A stretch of 64,000 nucleotides of DNA from positions 124,001 to 188,000 of IMG/VR virus record IMGVR_UViG_3300020477_001008; one strand, 5' to 3'. Positions 56,265 through 64,000 of this stretch are shown piece after piece. How positions within the stretch are numbered: the stretch's first letter is position 1; each line of letters opens with the position of its first letter. A program made the position numbers and the translations under genes. The notes beneath the pieces are model-generated. The model worked only from the letters and a program-made list of their open reading frames with translations, did no database searches and had not been told where the DNA came from.

Positions 56265-57553
56265 GCGATAAAGAGATTAAAATGAAATGCTCGTTCTGTG
56301 AAAAGACTAGAGCCGAATCACATAAATTAATAGCAGGACCTAAAGAAACATTTATTTGCGATGAATGTGTAAAACTTTGCCACGATATTTTAAAAGAAGG
56401 AACAATTGAAAACGAAACAAAAGAGTTTGCTATTCCTGATCCAAAAAAATTACACGGATATTTAAATGAACACGTAATTGGTCAAGATAGAGCAAAGAAA
56501 ATTGTTAGTGTAGCAGTTTATAACCATTATAAAAGAATTGTTAATAATTTAATTAAAGAAGATGGGCAAGACGAAATTGAAAAATCTAATGTTATGATGT
56601 TAGGACCATCAGGTGTTGGAAAAACACTTTTAGCTAAAAAGGTTGCTGAATACGTAAATGTACCATTTGCTATTGCTGATGCAACAACAATAACAGAATC
56701 AGGTTATGTAGGTGATGACGTAGAGAATATTGTAACAAGATTATTGCAACAAGCAGACTTTAATGTTGAAAAAGCTGAACGTGGAATTATATACATTGAT
56801 GAAATAGATAAAAAAGCAAAAAAAGGTGAGAACGTATCAATTACTAGAGATGTATCTGGTGAAGGTGTACAACAAGCTTTATTAAAAATTATTGAAGGAA
56901 CAACTGTTAGAGTTCCGCCACAAGGTGGAAGAAAACATCCTGGTGCAGAAATGATTGAAGTTGATACATCAAATATATTGTTTATAGTTGGTGGAGCATT
57001 TGTTGGTATAGATAAAGTTATTAATAAAAGGGCTAATAAGTCAGCAGGTATTGGATTTAATCAACGAGTAGAAACTGTTGATACAGGATTTGATGAATGC
57101 GAACCAGATGATTTAATTAAGTATGGATTAATACCTGAACTTGTTGGAAGGTTACCAGTTATAGTAGGTTGTCATAATTTAGATAAAAAAGATTTAAAAG
57201 CAATTATGCTTGATGTAAAAAATTCATTGATTAAACAATCTCAACGTTTATTTAAAATGGAAAATGTAAATTTAATTATAACTGAAGATGCAGTAGATTA
57301 TGTAGTAGATGAAGCACACGAAAAGAAATTAGGTGCTAGAGGATTAAAATCTGTGTTAGAAAAAGGTTTATTAGAAATACAATATGACTTACCAGAATAC
57401 AGAGATGGTGGAGTTAGTGAAATTACAGTTACAGAAAAAACGCTCAAAGGAGAAAAACCGATGCTCACTTATGAGTTTGATGCTAAAGATATAAAAGCTA
57501 AAGAAACAAAAAAAGGGAAAAAGGAAGATAACGGTACAACAGGAAAAGAATGA
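56261..57553 (+). CDS. clpX: ATP-dependent Clp protease ATP-binding subunit ClpX
   Basis: Zn domain CSFC...ICDEC; Walker A GPSGVGKT; pore loop GYVG; IDEIDK; RDVSGEGVQ; RKH loop; IGF loop (AGIGF). Confidence 0.97.
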   Translation: MSDKEIKMKCSFCEKTRAESHKLIAGPKETFICDECVKLCHDILKEGTIENETKEFAIPDPKKLHGYLNEHVIGQDRAKKIVSVAVYNHYKRIVNNLIKEDGQDEIEKSNVMMLGPSGVGKTLLAKKVAEYVNVPFAIADATTITESGYVGDDVENIVTRLLQQADFNVEKAERGIIYIDEIDKKAKKGENVSITRDVSGEGVQQALLKIIEGTTVRVPPQGGRKHPGAEMIEVDTSNILFIVGGAFVGIDKVINKRANKSAGIGFNQRVETVDTGFDECEPDDLIKYGLIPELVGRLPVIVGCHNLDKKDLKAIMLDVKNSLIKQSQRLFKMENVNLIITEDAVDYVVDEAHEKKLGARGLKSVLEKGLLEIQYDLPEYRDGGVSEITVTEKTLKGEKPMLTYEFDAKDIKAKETKKGKKEDNGTTGKE

Positions 57554-58104
57554 AACAAAGATATAGTAATTACGAGTATCAAAAAAAGAAAGCATTAATT
57601 AACGAGAATATTAGAAGTAAAGAAGTTCGTTTAATATTAGAATCATCACAAGAAATAGTAACTACACAAGAAGCATTAAGATTATCTAGAGAGCAAGATT
57701 TAGATCTAGTTTGTGTTAGCACAAAATCAAATCCACCTATATGTAAAATTATGGATTATGGGAAACATCTATATGAACAAAAAAAGAAACAAAAAATTGC
57801 TGATAAAAAACAAAGAGAAGCTATTGTGGATACAAAAGAAATCCAGTTTAGACCAGCAACTGGAATTGGAGATCTTAAAGTAAAAGCTAAAAAGGTACAA
57901 GAGTTTATAGATGATGGAGATAAGGTAAAATTAGTAATGAAATTGCGTGGCAGGGAAAATGCTATGAAGGATTTTGCTATGGAACAATTCAAAAAATTTG
58001 TTGATTTAATTGAGAATTATGACTACGATTATAGGCCAAATATACAGGGAAATAAAATACTTGCAATTTTAAAGAAAGGTGTTATAATAAAGAACAATGA
58101 GTGA
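57550..58104 (+). CDS. infC: translation initiation factor IF3
   Basis: INENIR..EVRLI, DLDLV.VS....[28 protein letters not shown]....RGRE. Confidence 0.95.
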   Translation: MKQRYSNYEYQKKKALINENIRSKEVRLILESSQEIVTTQEALRLSREQDLDLVCVSTKSNPPICKIMDYGKHLYEQKKKQKIADKKQREAIVDTKEIQFRPATGIGDLKVKAKKVQEFIDDGDKVKLVMKLRGRENAMKDFAMEQFKKFVDLIENYDYDYRPNIQGNKILAILKKGVIIKNNE

Positions 58105-58453
58105 TAAACCAAGGAAAAAATACGACATCAAAAATTTCTCTAATTTTGGGAAATTTGAGCAAAAGCGAGATCGAAGACCAAGACGTGAGCCAGATCCACC
58201 TGGTTTAGCAGTTACAGTTCACGGCGACGATGTAATGAAAGCTTATAGAAGGCTTAAAAAGAAACTAATGAAAGATAACCTTATGGATACAATAAGGGAT
58301 AAAAGATATTACAAAAAGCCAAGTGAAATTAGACAAGAAAAATTAAAAGTGCAAAGAAGGAATATGCAAAAAGCTCAAAGAGATAGAGCTATGCAATATG
58401 GTATAAGATATAAAAACTATGATCCTAGCACAGCCAAAACACGTGGCTATTAA
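58097..58453 (+). CDS. rpsU: 30S ribosomal protein bS21 with N- and C-terminal extensions
   Basis: VTVHGDDVMKAYRRLKKKL...RYYKKPSE.R core; own promoter TTGCAA-N16-TGn-TATAAT-N8-ATG. Confidence 0.85.
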   Translation: MSDKPRKKYDIKNFSNFGKFEQKRDRRPRREPDPPGLAVTVHGDDVMKAYRRLKKKLMKDNLMDTIRDKRYYKKPSEIRQEKLKVQRRNMQKAQRDRAMQYGIRYKNYDPSTAKTRGY

Positions 58454-58779
58454 TGTTCGACCAAATAAAGTTTCATCAGCACCCCACAGAGAATAAAGGC
58501 AAACAAGCTATAATAGATTTTGTAGATTACAAAATGAGTATAGTATGCTCACCTACATCTTATGGTGGAGATAAAGGTTTGTTTGAAATTGCAGTATTTG
58601 ATAAAGCTGGAGAGTTTGTTGATTTAAAAGGTATTAGTGATAAAGATGATCAAGTACACGGTTGGTTAAGAGAAGATGAAGTTGTATTAGTAATAGAAAA
58701 ATTGTGTGAAATAACAGATATGGATGTTAGATTAGTTTTATTGCGTTCAGCATTTAGGGAGAACAAAAATGATAGATGA
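58453..58779 (+). CDS. hypothetical phage protein
   Basis: SYGG..GLFEIAV...V.GWL pattern. Confidence 0.7.
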   Translation: MFDQIKFHQHPTENKGKQAIIDFVDYKMSIVCSPTSYGGDKGLFEIAVFDKAGEFVDLKGISDKDDQVHGWLREDEVVLVIEKLCEITDMDVRLVLLRSAFRENKNDR

Positions 58780-58921
58780 ACTTGTAGAACAAATAGCTAG
58801 AATGAACAAAGACGAAAGAAATGAATTTGTTGAAACTCTAGTTAAAAAATGGCCTGATTTATCAGAGTCAATTTATTTTTTATTAAATGTAAATTTAATG
58901 GAGAAGGAGAACATTAAATAG
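58769..58921 (+). CDS. small hypothetical protein (50 aa, not in the ORF track)
   Basis: SD AGGGAG; MIDELVEQIARMNKDERNEFVETLVKKWPDL... Confidence 0.55.
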   Translation: MIDELVEQIARMNKDERNEFVETLVKKWPDLSESIYFLLNVNLMEKENIK

Positions 58922-58934
58922 ATGTTTAATTCAA

Positions 58935-59010
58935 GGGCGGTTAGCTCAGTTGGTAGAGCATCTCGTTTACACCGAGGGGGTCAAAGGTTCGAGTCCTTTA
59001 CTGCCCACCA
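58935..59010 (+). tRNA. tRNA-Val(TAC)
   Basis: GGGCGGT...ACTGCCC-A-CCA; anticodon loop TTTACAC; TTCGAGT. Confidence 0.97.
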
Positions 59011-59014
59011 TTAC

Positions 59015-59090
59015 GGAGTATTAGTGTAGCGGTTAACACGTCGCCCTGTCACGGCGAAGACCACGGGTTCGAATCCCGTATACTCCGCCA
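59015..59090 (+). tRNA. tRNA-Asp(GTC)
   Basis: GGAGTAT...ATACTCC-G-CCA; anticodon arm TCGCC-CTGTCAC-GGCGA. Confidence 0.97.
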
Positions 59091-59108
59091 TCAACAATAA
59101 ATATTATT

Positions 59109-60314
59109 ATGCACAATATTCGAAAACAATTTCCCATATTTGATAAAACATTACCTAACGGTAAAAAATTAGTATATTTAGATAGTGCTAATTCTTCACA
59201 AAAACCGAAAAGGGTATTAGATAGATTATATGATTTTTATGCACAAGAATATAGTAGTGTTGGGAGAAGTATACACCAGTTAAGTACAGGTGCAAGTAAA
59301 TGTTTAAATGATAGTAGAGAAGCAGTTGCAAAATTTTTAAATGCTGGTTCTGTAGATGAAATTGTTTTTACTAAAAGTGCCACAGAAGCTATTAATACGA
59401 TTGCAGAAAGTTTTGGCAGAACTCAACGTGATCATTATGAAATAATTTGTTCTGAATTAGAACATAATTCAAATTATCTTCCTTGGCATTTGCAAAGAGC
59501 TCATAAAAATGCAACAATTAAATTTATTCCTTTAAAAGATGATTATACATTAGATGTAGATAAGCTAGAAAGTTTAATTACTAAAAAAACTAAAATGATA
59601 GCAATAACTCATTTATCAAATGTTACTGGAGAAGTAATTAATGTTAAAAAAATATGTGAGATAGCACACAGTAAAGGAATAGCAGTTTTTGTAGATGGTA
59701 CACAAGGTGCACCACATATGAAAGTTGATGTACAAGATATTGATTGTGATTTTTATTGTATTAGTGGTCATAAAATGTACGGACCTTCAGGCGTTGGGGC
59801 TTTGTACGCCAAAGAAAAATGGTTAGATGAATTATCGCCTTTTCAAGGTGGTGGTGGAACGGTACTTGATGCAACGCAAAGTGTTATTCAATATGCAGAT
59901 GGACCAAAAAAATGGGAAGCTGGAACACACCCAGTTGCTGAAATTGTAGCATTAAAAGAAGCAATTGATTTTTATTATGATGTTGGATTTGATAATATGT
60001 TAAATCACGAAAAACAATTAGTTGAGTATTTGTATGAAAAATTAGCATCTGATAATGATATTGAGTTACTATGTGGTAATAAGCCTAATGCTGTTTTATC
60101 ATTTAATATTAAAGGAATACATCACGAAGATATGTCAATGTTTTTAGATGAATATGGTATTGCTACAAGACCAGGTCAACATTGTGCTATGTTATTCCAT
60201 AAAAGGTACAGTTTAACTGGTTCTGTTAGAGTATCATTAGGTGTATATAATACCAAAGAAGAAATGGACTTTTTCTTACAGTCTTTGGGTGAAATTAAGA
60301 AGAGATTATCCTAA
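59109..60314 (+). CDS. sufS: SufS-type cysteine desulfurase
   Basis: VYLDSA.SSQKP, ELEHNSN, PLP lysine SGHKMYGP, catalytic RPGQHCA, R.SLG.YNT.EE. Confidence 0.93.
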   Translation: MHNIRKQFPIFDKTLPNGKKLVYLDSANSSQKPKRVLDRLYDFYAQEYSSVGRSIHQLSTGASKCLNDSREAVAKFLNAGSVDEIVFTKSATEAINTIAESFGRTQRDHYEIICSELEHNSNYLPWHLQRAHKNATIKFIPLKDDYTLDVDKLESLITKKTKMIAITHLSNVTGEVINVKKICEIAHSKGIAVFVDGTQGAPHMKVDVQDIDCDFYCISGHKMYGPSGVGALYAKEKWLDELSPFQGGGGTVLDATQSVIQYADGPKKWEAGTHPVAEIVALKEAIDFYYDVGFDNMLNHEKQLVEYLYEKLASDNDIELLCGNKPNAVLSFNIKGIHHEDMSMFLDEYGIATRPGQHCAMLFHKRYSLTGSVRVSLGVYNTKEEMDFFLQSLGEIKKRLS

Positions 60315-60319
60315 TCCTA

Positions 60320-60367
60320 TTGACTTCCTGATAAGTATTTTATATAATACTGATGTACAATTAAATA
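60320..60367 (+). promoter_or_regulatory. tandem sigma70 and late promoters for rplL-sufB
   Basis: TTGACT(60320-25)-N17-TATAAT(60343-48); TAAATA 60362-67; SD AAGGA. Confidence 0.7.
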
Positions 60368-60385
60368 TAATTAATAAGGAAAACT

Positions 60386-60856
60386 ATGTCAGAAGATGAA
60401 GTAAAAAAAGCTGAAGAAACAAAGGCAGAAGAAAAGCCAGTAGAACCAAAAGCTGAAGAAACATCTAAAACTATTACAAGAAATTTAGATGCTATTGTTG
60501 AAGAACTTGGACAATTAACAGTTATGGAAGCGGCCGATCTTGCTAAAAAATTAGCTAAAGCTTGGGATATTGATTTAGATAATATGGCGGCCGGTGTTGC
60601 ACCAGCAGGTGGTGGCGCCGCGGGAGCTCCAGCAGACGCAGATGCTCCTGTAACAGTTATATTAAAAGATTTTAAAGAAGGTACTAAAATTAATGTCTTA
60701 AAAGCAATTAAGGCAATTAAAGGTTTAGGACTAATGGAATCTAAACAATTTGTAGAAGCATTACCTAAAGAAGTTGATTCAGAAATACCAAGAGATAAAG
60801 CAGAAGAAATTAAAAAACAATTGGAAGAAGTTGGCGGTAACGTTGAAATAAAATAA
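60386..60856 (+). CDS. rplL: 50S ribosomal protein bL12 (L7/L12) with N-terminal extension
   Basis: [16 protein letters not shown], Ala/Gly hinge, [34 protein letters not shown]. Confidence 0.95.
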   Translation: MSEDEVKKAEETKAEEKPVEPKAEETSKTITRNLDAIVEELGQLTVMEAADLAKKLAKAWDIDLDNMAAGVAPAGGGAAGAPADADAPVTVILKDFKEGTKINVLKAIKAIKGLGLMESKQFVEALPKEVDSEIPRDKAEEIKKQLEEVGGNVEIK

Positions 60857-62280
60857 TGTTAGATGAGCATAAGGTAGGAAAAGATTATAAAGAAGGCTTT
60901 ACTACGGACATTGAAGCCTATACACTACCCCCTGGTCTAAATGAAGACGTTATTAAAAAGATATCAAGTTTTAAAAAAGAACCACAATGGCTTTTAGACT
61001 GGAGACTAAAAGCTTATAAGGTTTGGCTGAATATGAAACAGCCTGAGTGGGCAAAGTTAGATATTAAGCCAATTGACTATCAAGCAATATCATATTATTC
61101 AACACCTAATCCTAAATTAAAATCTTTAGATGAATTAGATCCTAAAATTTTAGAAACATATAATAAGTTAGGTATTCCATTACACGAACAAAAAGCATTA
61201 GCAGGTGTGGCCGTTGATGCAGTATTTGATTCTGTATCTGTAGCTACAACGTACAAAGCAGATTTAGAAAAACAAGGTATACTTTTTTGTAGCTTTAGTG
61301 AAGCAGTAGAAAAATATCCAGAAATAGTTAAAAAATATTTAGGTAGTGTAGTACCACAAGGTGATAATTTTTTTGCTTGTTTAAATTCAGCTGTATTTAC
61401 AGATGGTTCATTTGCTTATATTCCTAAAGGAGTTAGATGTCCTATGGAACTATCAACTTATTTTAGAATAAATGCGGCCAACACAGGACAATTTGAAAGA
61501 ACATTAATTATATGTGAAGATGATGCATACGTATCTTATCTAGAAGGATGTACAGCACCAATGCGTGATGAAAATCAATTACACGCCGCGGTAGTTGAAT
61601 TAGTAGCAAAAGAAAATGCAGAGATAAAATATTCAACAATACAAAATTGGTATCCAGGAGATGAAGATGGAAAAGGTGGTGTATATAATTTTGTAACTAA
61701 ACGTGGTAAATGTCAAGGACGTAAAAGTAAAATATCTTGGACACAATTAGAAACAGGTTCAGCATTAACTTGGAAGTATCCTTCTTGTGTATTAATGGGA
61801 GATTATTCAGTAGGAGAGTTTTATTCAGTAGCAGTATCAACAGGTAAACAACAAGCTGATACAGGAACTAAAATGATACATTTAGGAAAACATACAAAAT
61901 CAACAGTTATATCAAAAGGTATTTCAGCAAAACAAGGAAAGCAAACTTATAGAGGATTAGTATCAATGGGTGGTAATGCTAAAAAATCACAAAACTATAC
62001 TCAATGTGATTCGTTGCTTCTTGGAGATAAGTGTTCAGCACTTACTATACCTTATATTAAAAGTAAAACAAAATCTTCTAAATGCGAACACGAAGCGTCA
62101 ACATCAAAAGTATCTGATGAACAATTATTTTATTTAAGACAACGTGGACTTAAAGAAGAAGATGCTGTGAACTTAATTGTAAATGGTTTTGTAAAAGAAG
62201 TAACTAAACAGTTACCAATGGAGTTTGCAGTTGAGGCCAATAAACTTTTATCAGTAACATTAGAAGGATCAGTAGGATAA
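60856..62280 (+). CDS. sufB: Fe-S cluster assembly scaffold SufB
   Basis: [55 protein letters not shown] and CEHEASTSK. Confidence 0.97.
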   Translation: MLDEHKVGKDYKEGFTTDIEAYTLPPGLNEDVIKKISSFKKEPQWLLDWRLKAYKVWLNMKQPEWAKLDIKPIDYQAISYYSTPNPKLKSLDELDPKILETYNKLGIPLHEQKALAGVAVDAVFDSVSVATTYKADLEKQGILFCSFSEAVEKYPEIVKKYLGSVVPQGDNFFACLNSAVFTDGSFAYIPKGVRCPMELSTYFRINAANTGQFERTLIICEDDAYVSYLEGCTAPMRDENQLHAAVVELVAKENAEIKYSTIQNWYPGDEDGKGGVYNFVTKRGKCQGRKSKISWTQLETGSALTWKYPSCVLMGDYSVGEFYSVAVSTGKQQADTGTKMIHLGKHTKSTVISKGISAKQGKQTYRGLVSMGGNAKKSQNYTQCDSLLLGDKCSALTIPYIKSKTKSSKCEHEASTSKVSDEQLFYLRQRGLKEEDAVNLIVNGFVKEVTKQLPMEFAVEANKLLSVTLEGSVG

Positions 62281-62501
62281 TGATAGATAAATTAGATTTA
62301 AGAACGTTGCAAAAAGAATCAGCAAGAGCATTAATAGTAATGCAAAATGCTGACAATTTATCTTTATCTGAAATAAATCAAAAAGTTAGTCACGACTCAA
62401 CTATATTTTATAAAAAAGTTTTAGAAAAATATGTAGAACTGTTTGGTGACTTACCAAGTAAAACAACAGAAGGACAAAAAATAAATTTAATAATGGAGTA
62501 G
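62280..62501 (+). CDS. hypothetical protein
   Basis: 73 aa, coupled to sufB. Confidence 0.7.
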   Translation: MIDKLDLRTLQKESARALIVMQNADNLSLSEINQKVSHDSTIFYKKVLEKYVELFGDLPSKTTEGQKINLIME

Positions 62502-62505
62502 TTTT

Positions 62506-63876
62506 ATGAAAGTAGACAAATATATTAAAGTAATTGATGAGTCAATTGAAGCACAGAAAAAATGGAGAACTGTTCCTGCACCTGTACGTGGTGAGGCAAT
62601 TAGAAAGTTTGGAAATAAATTAAGAGAAAATTTAGTATCAGTTGGAAAAGGTGTTACTAGAGAAAGTAAAAAAATATTAGTAGAAGGTATAGGTGAAGTA
62701 CAAGAAGTAATTGATATGTGTGATTTTGCAGTTGGGCTATCAAGACAACTATATGGAAAAACAATGCCTTCTGAAAGACAGGATCATAGACTACAAGAAA
62801 TTTGGAATCCTATTGGAGTAGTTGGTGTAATTACAGCTTTTAATTTTCCTGTTGCACCTTGGGGTTGGAATTTTTGTTTAGCAATTGTATGTGGTAATAG
62901 TGTTATTTGGAAACCATCTCCAAAAACAATGGAAGTATCTCATTTATGTAAAAAGATTTGGGACGAAACTGTAGAAACTGATGATGAACGTAAACTTTTA
63001 GAAATTATAGATGGTGATGTAACTGAATCACGTTGGATGGCACAAGACAAAAGGATTAATTTATTAAGTGCTACAGGTTCTTGTGAAATGGGTAAAGCAT
63101 TAGCACCATTAGTATCAGAAAGAATGGGTAAAGGATTATATGAATTAGGTGGAAATAATGCAATGGTTGTGTCTAAACACGCAAATTTAGATTTGGCAGT
63201 AAGAGCTATTGTTTTTAGTGCAGTAGGAACTTGTGGACAAAGATGTACAACATTAAGAAGATTAATAGTACACGAGTCTAAATATGATGAATTATTGGAA
63301 AGATTAACAAAATCATATGCAAGTTTACCTATAGGAAATCCAATAAAAAGAGAAAATTTAGTAGGTCCATTAATAAATCAACAAGCATTAGATAAAATGC
63401 AAGGTGTATTAAAAGAATGTAAAGAAAAAGGATATACAATACACGGCGGAGAACCATTAGCAGATCTTGGAGAAGGCTTTGTTAAACCTGCTATTGTTGA
63501 AGTACCAGAACAATGCGATATTGTAAGAACAGAAACATTTGCTCCTATTTTGTATACTATGAAATATAATGAGCTAGATGAAGCAATAGCAATACAAAAT
63601 GATGTAGATCAAGGATTAAGTTCTTGTATATTTACAGACAATATTCAAGAAGCTGAAACATTTATTTCTGCACAAGGTTCAGATTGTGGAATAGTAAATA
63701 TTAACATAGGACCATCAGGTGCAGAGATTGGTGGAGCATTTGGTGGAGAAAAAGATACAGGCGGCGGAAGAGAATCAGGCTCTGATGCTTGGAAACAGTA
63801 TATGAAAAGAACTACTGTTACAACAAACTATGGTAAAGACCTACCATTAGCACAAGGAATAACATTCGATGCCTAA
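62506..63876 (+). CDS. aldehyde dehydrogenase, ALDH7 / piperideine-6-carboxylate dehydrogenase family
   Basis: GVITAFNFPVAP, ELGGNN (catalytic Glu), GTCGQRCTT (catalytic Cys), ETFAPILY, GAEIGGAFGGEK.TGGGRESGSD.WK.Y. Confidence 0.92.
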   Translation: MKVDKYIKVIDESIEAQKKWRTVPAPVRGEAIRKFGNKLRENLVSVGKGVTRESKKILVEGIGEVQEVIDMCDFAVGLSRQLYGKTMPSERQDHRLQEIWNPIGVVGVITAFNFPVAPWGWNFCLAIVCGNSVIWKPSPKTMEVSHLCKKIWDETVETDDERKLLEIIDGDVTESRWMAQDKRINLLSATGSCEMGKALAPLVSERMGKGLYELGGNNAMVVSKHANLDLAVRAIVFSAVGTCGQRCTTLRRLIVHESKYDELLERLTKSYASLPIGNPIKRENLVGPLINQQALDKMQGVLKECKEKGYTIHGGEPLADLGEGFVKPAIVEVPEQCDIVRTETFAPILYTMKYNELDEAIAIQNDVDQGLSSCIFTDNIQEAETFISAQGSDCGIVNINIGPSGAEIGGAFGGEKDTGGGRESGSDAWKQYMKRTTVTTNYGKDLPLAQGITFDA

Positions 63877-64000
63877 AGGCTTTTATAAAGATCCAGACTT
63901 AAATTTTGATATTAAGAAAATGCAATCAGCATTAAAAGAAGTTGATTCAAGAGTAGCAAGACAATCTCCGTTAGGTGAAAGAGATATTAATGCAATTTGT
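63869..64000 (+). CDS. 5' end of a gene running off the right edge
   Basis: ATG at 63869 overlapping the ALDH stop; MPKGFYKDPDLNFDIKKMQSAL... Confidence 0.6.
   Translation, partial: MPKGFYKDPDLNFDIKKMQSALKEVDSRVARQSPLGERDINAIC

Noticed and set aside
1-64000. CRISPR array, transposase, integrase, introns or inteins in nrdA, terL, uvsX or the helicase
   Set aside because: No regularly spaced repeat-spacer array and no recognisable transposase or integrase; core genes are uninterrupted and of normal length.
1-64000. Stop-codon reassignment (common in some large phages)
   Set aside because: Standard-code ORFs tile the window densely with full-length conserved proteins, and no suppressor tRNA is seen; tRNA-Ser(TGA) reads UCA, not a stop.
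59109-64000. Possibility that the sufS-rplL-sufB-ALDH block is host chromosome (prophage flank or chimera)
   Set aside because: Gene order is not host-like (rplL without rplJ, sufB without sufC/D), sufS carries the phage TAAATA-N5-ATG signature, and composition is uniform; read-level confirmation is still advisable.

Overview
A densely coded, AT-rich 64 kb segment of a large T4-like (myovirus) bacteriophage genome, almost entirely on the + strand after ~2.5 kb and using the standard genetic code. Core genes include tail sheath and tube, head-completion gp4, large terminase, PAAR, gp32 SSB, UvsX/Y/W, primase, DnaB-like helicase, class Ia NrdAB, ThyX and dNMP kinase. The host is probably an alphaproteobacterium, inferred from a circularly permuted two-piece tmRNA with a GGCAGUA T-loop, a 7Fe FdxA and CtaG/Cox11. 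The most striking content is a near-complete translation-control toolkit: uL11, bL12, bS21, IF3, three tRNAs, a permuted tmRNA (tag ADENLALAA), a stand-alone Smr nuclease, ClpX and ClpP, and an extremely small (~160 nt) RNase P RNA co-transcribed with tRNA-Ser. About 20 genes have their start codon 4-8 nt after a -10 element, which suggests systematically leaderless mRNAs. Also present are a cobalamin-riboswitch-controlled B12 uptake pair (DUF6580-like + BtuB), a candidate preQ1 riboswitch before queD, SufS/SufE/SufB with three late radical-SAM enzymes, a mini-DnaE, a ligase-fold protein and a candidate A_AAA_AAG -1 frameshift. All calls come from motif recognition by eye; no database searches were run.
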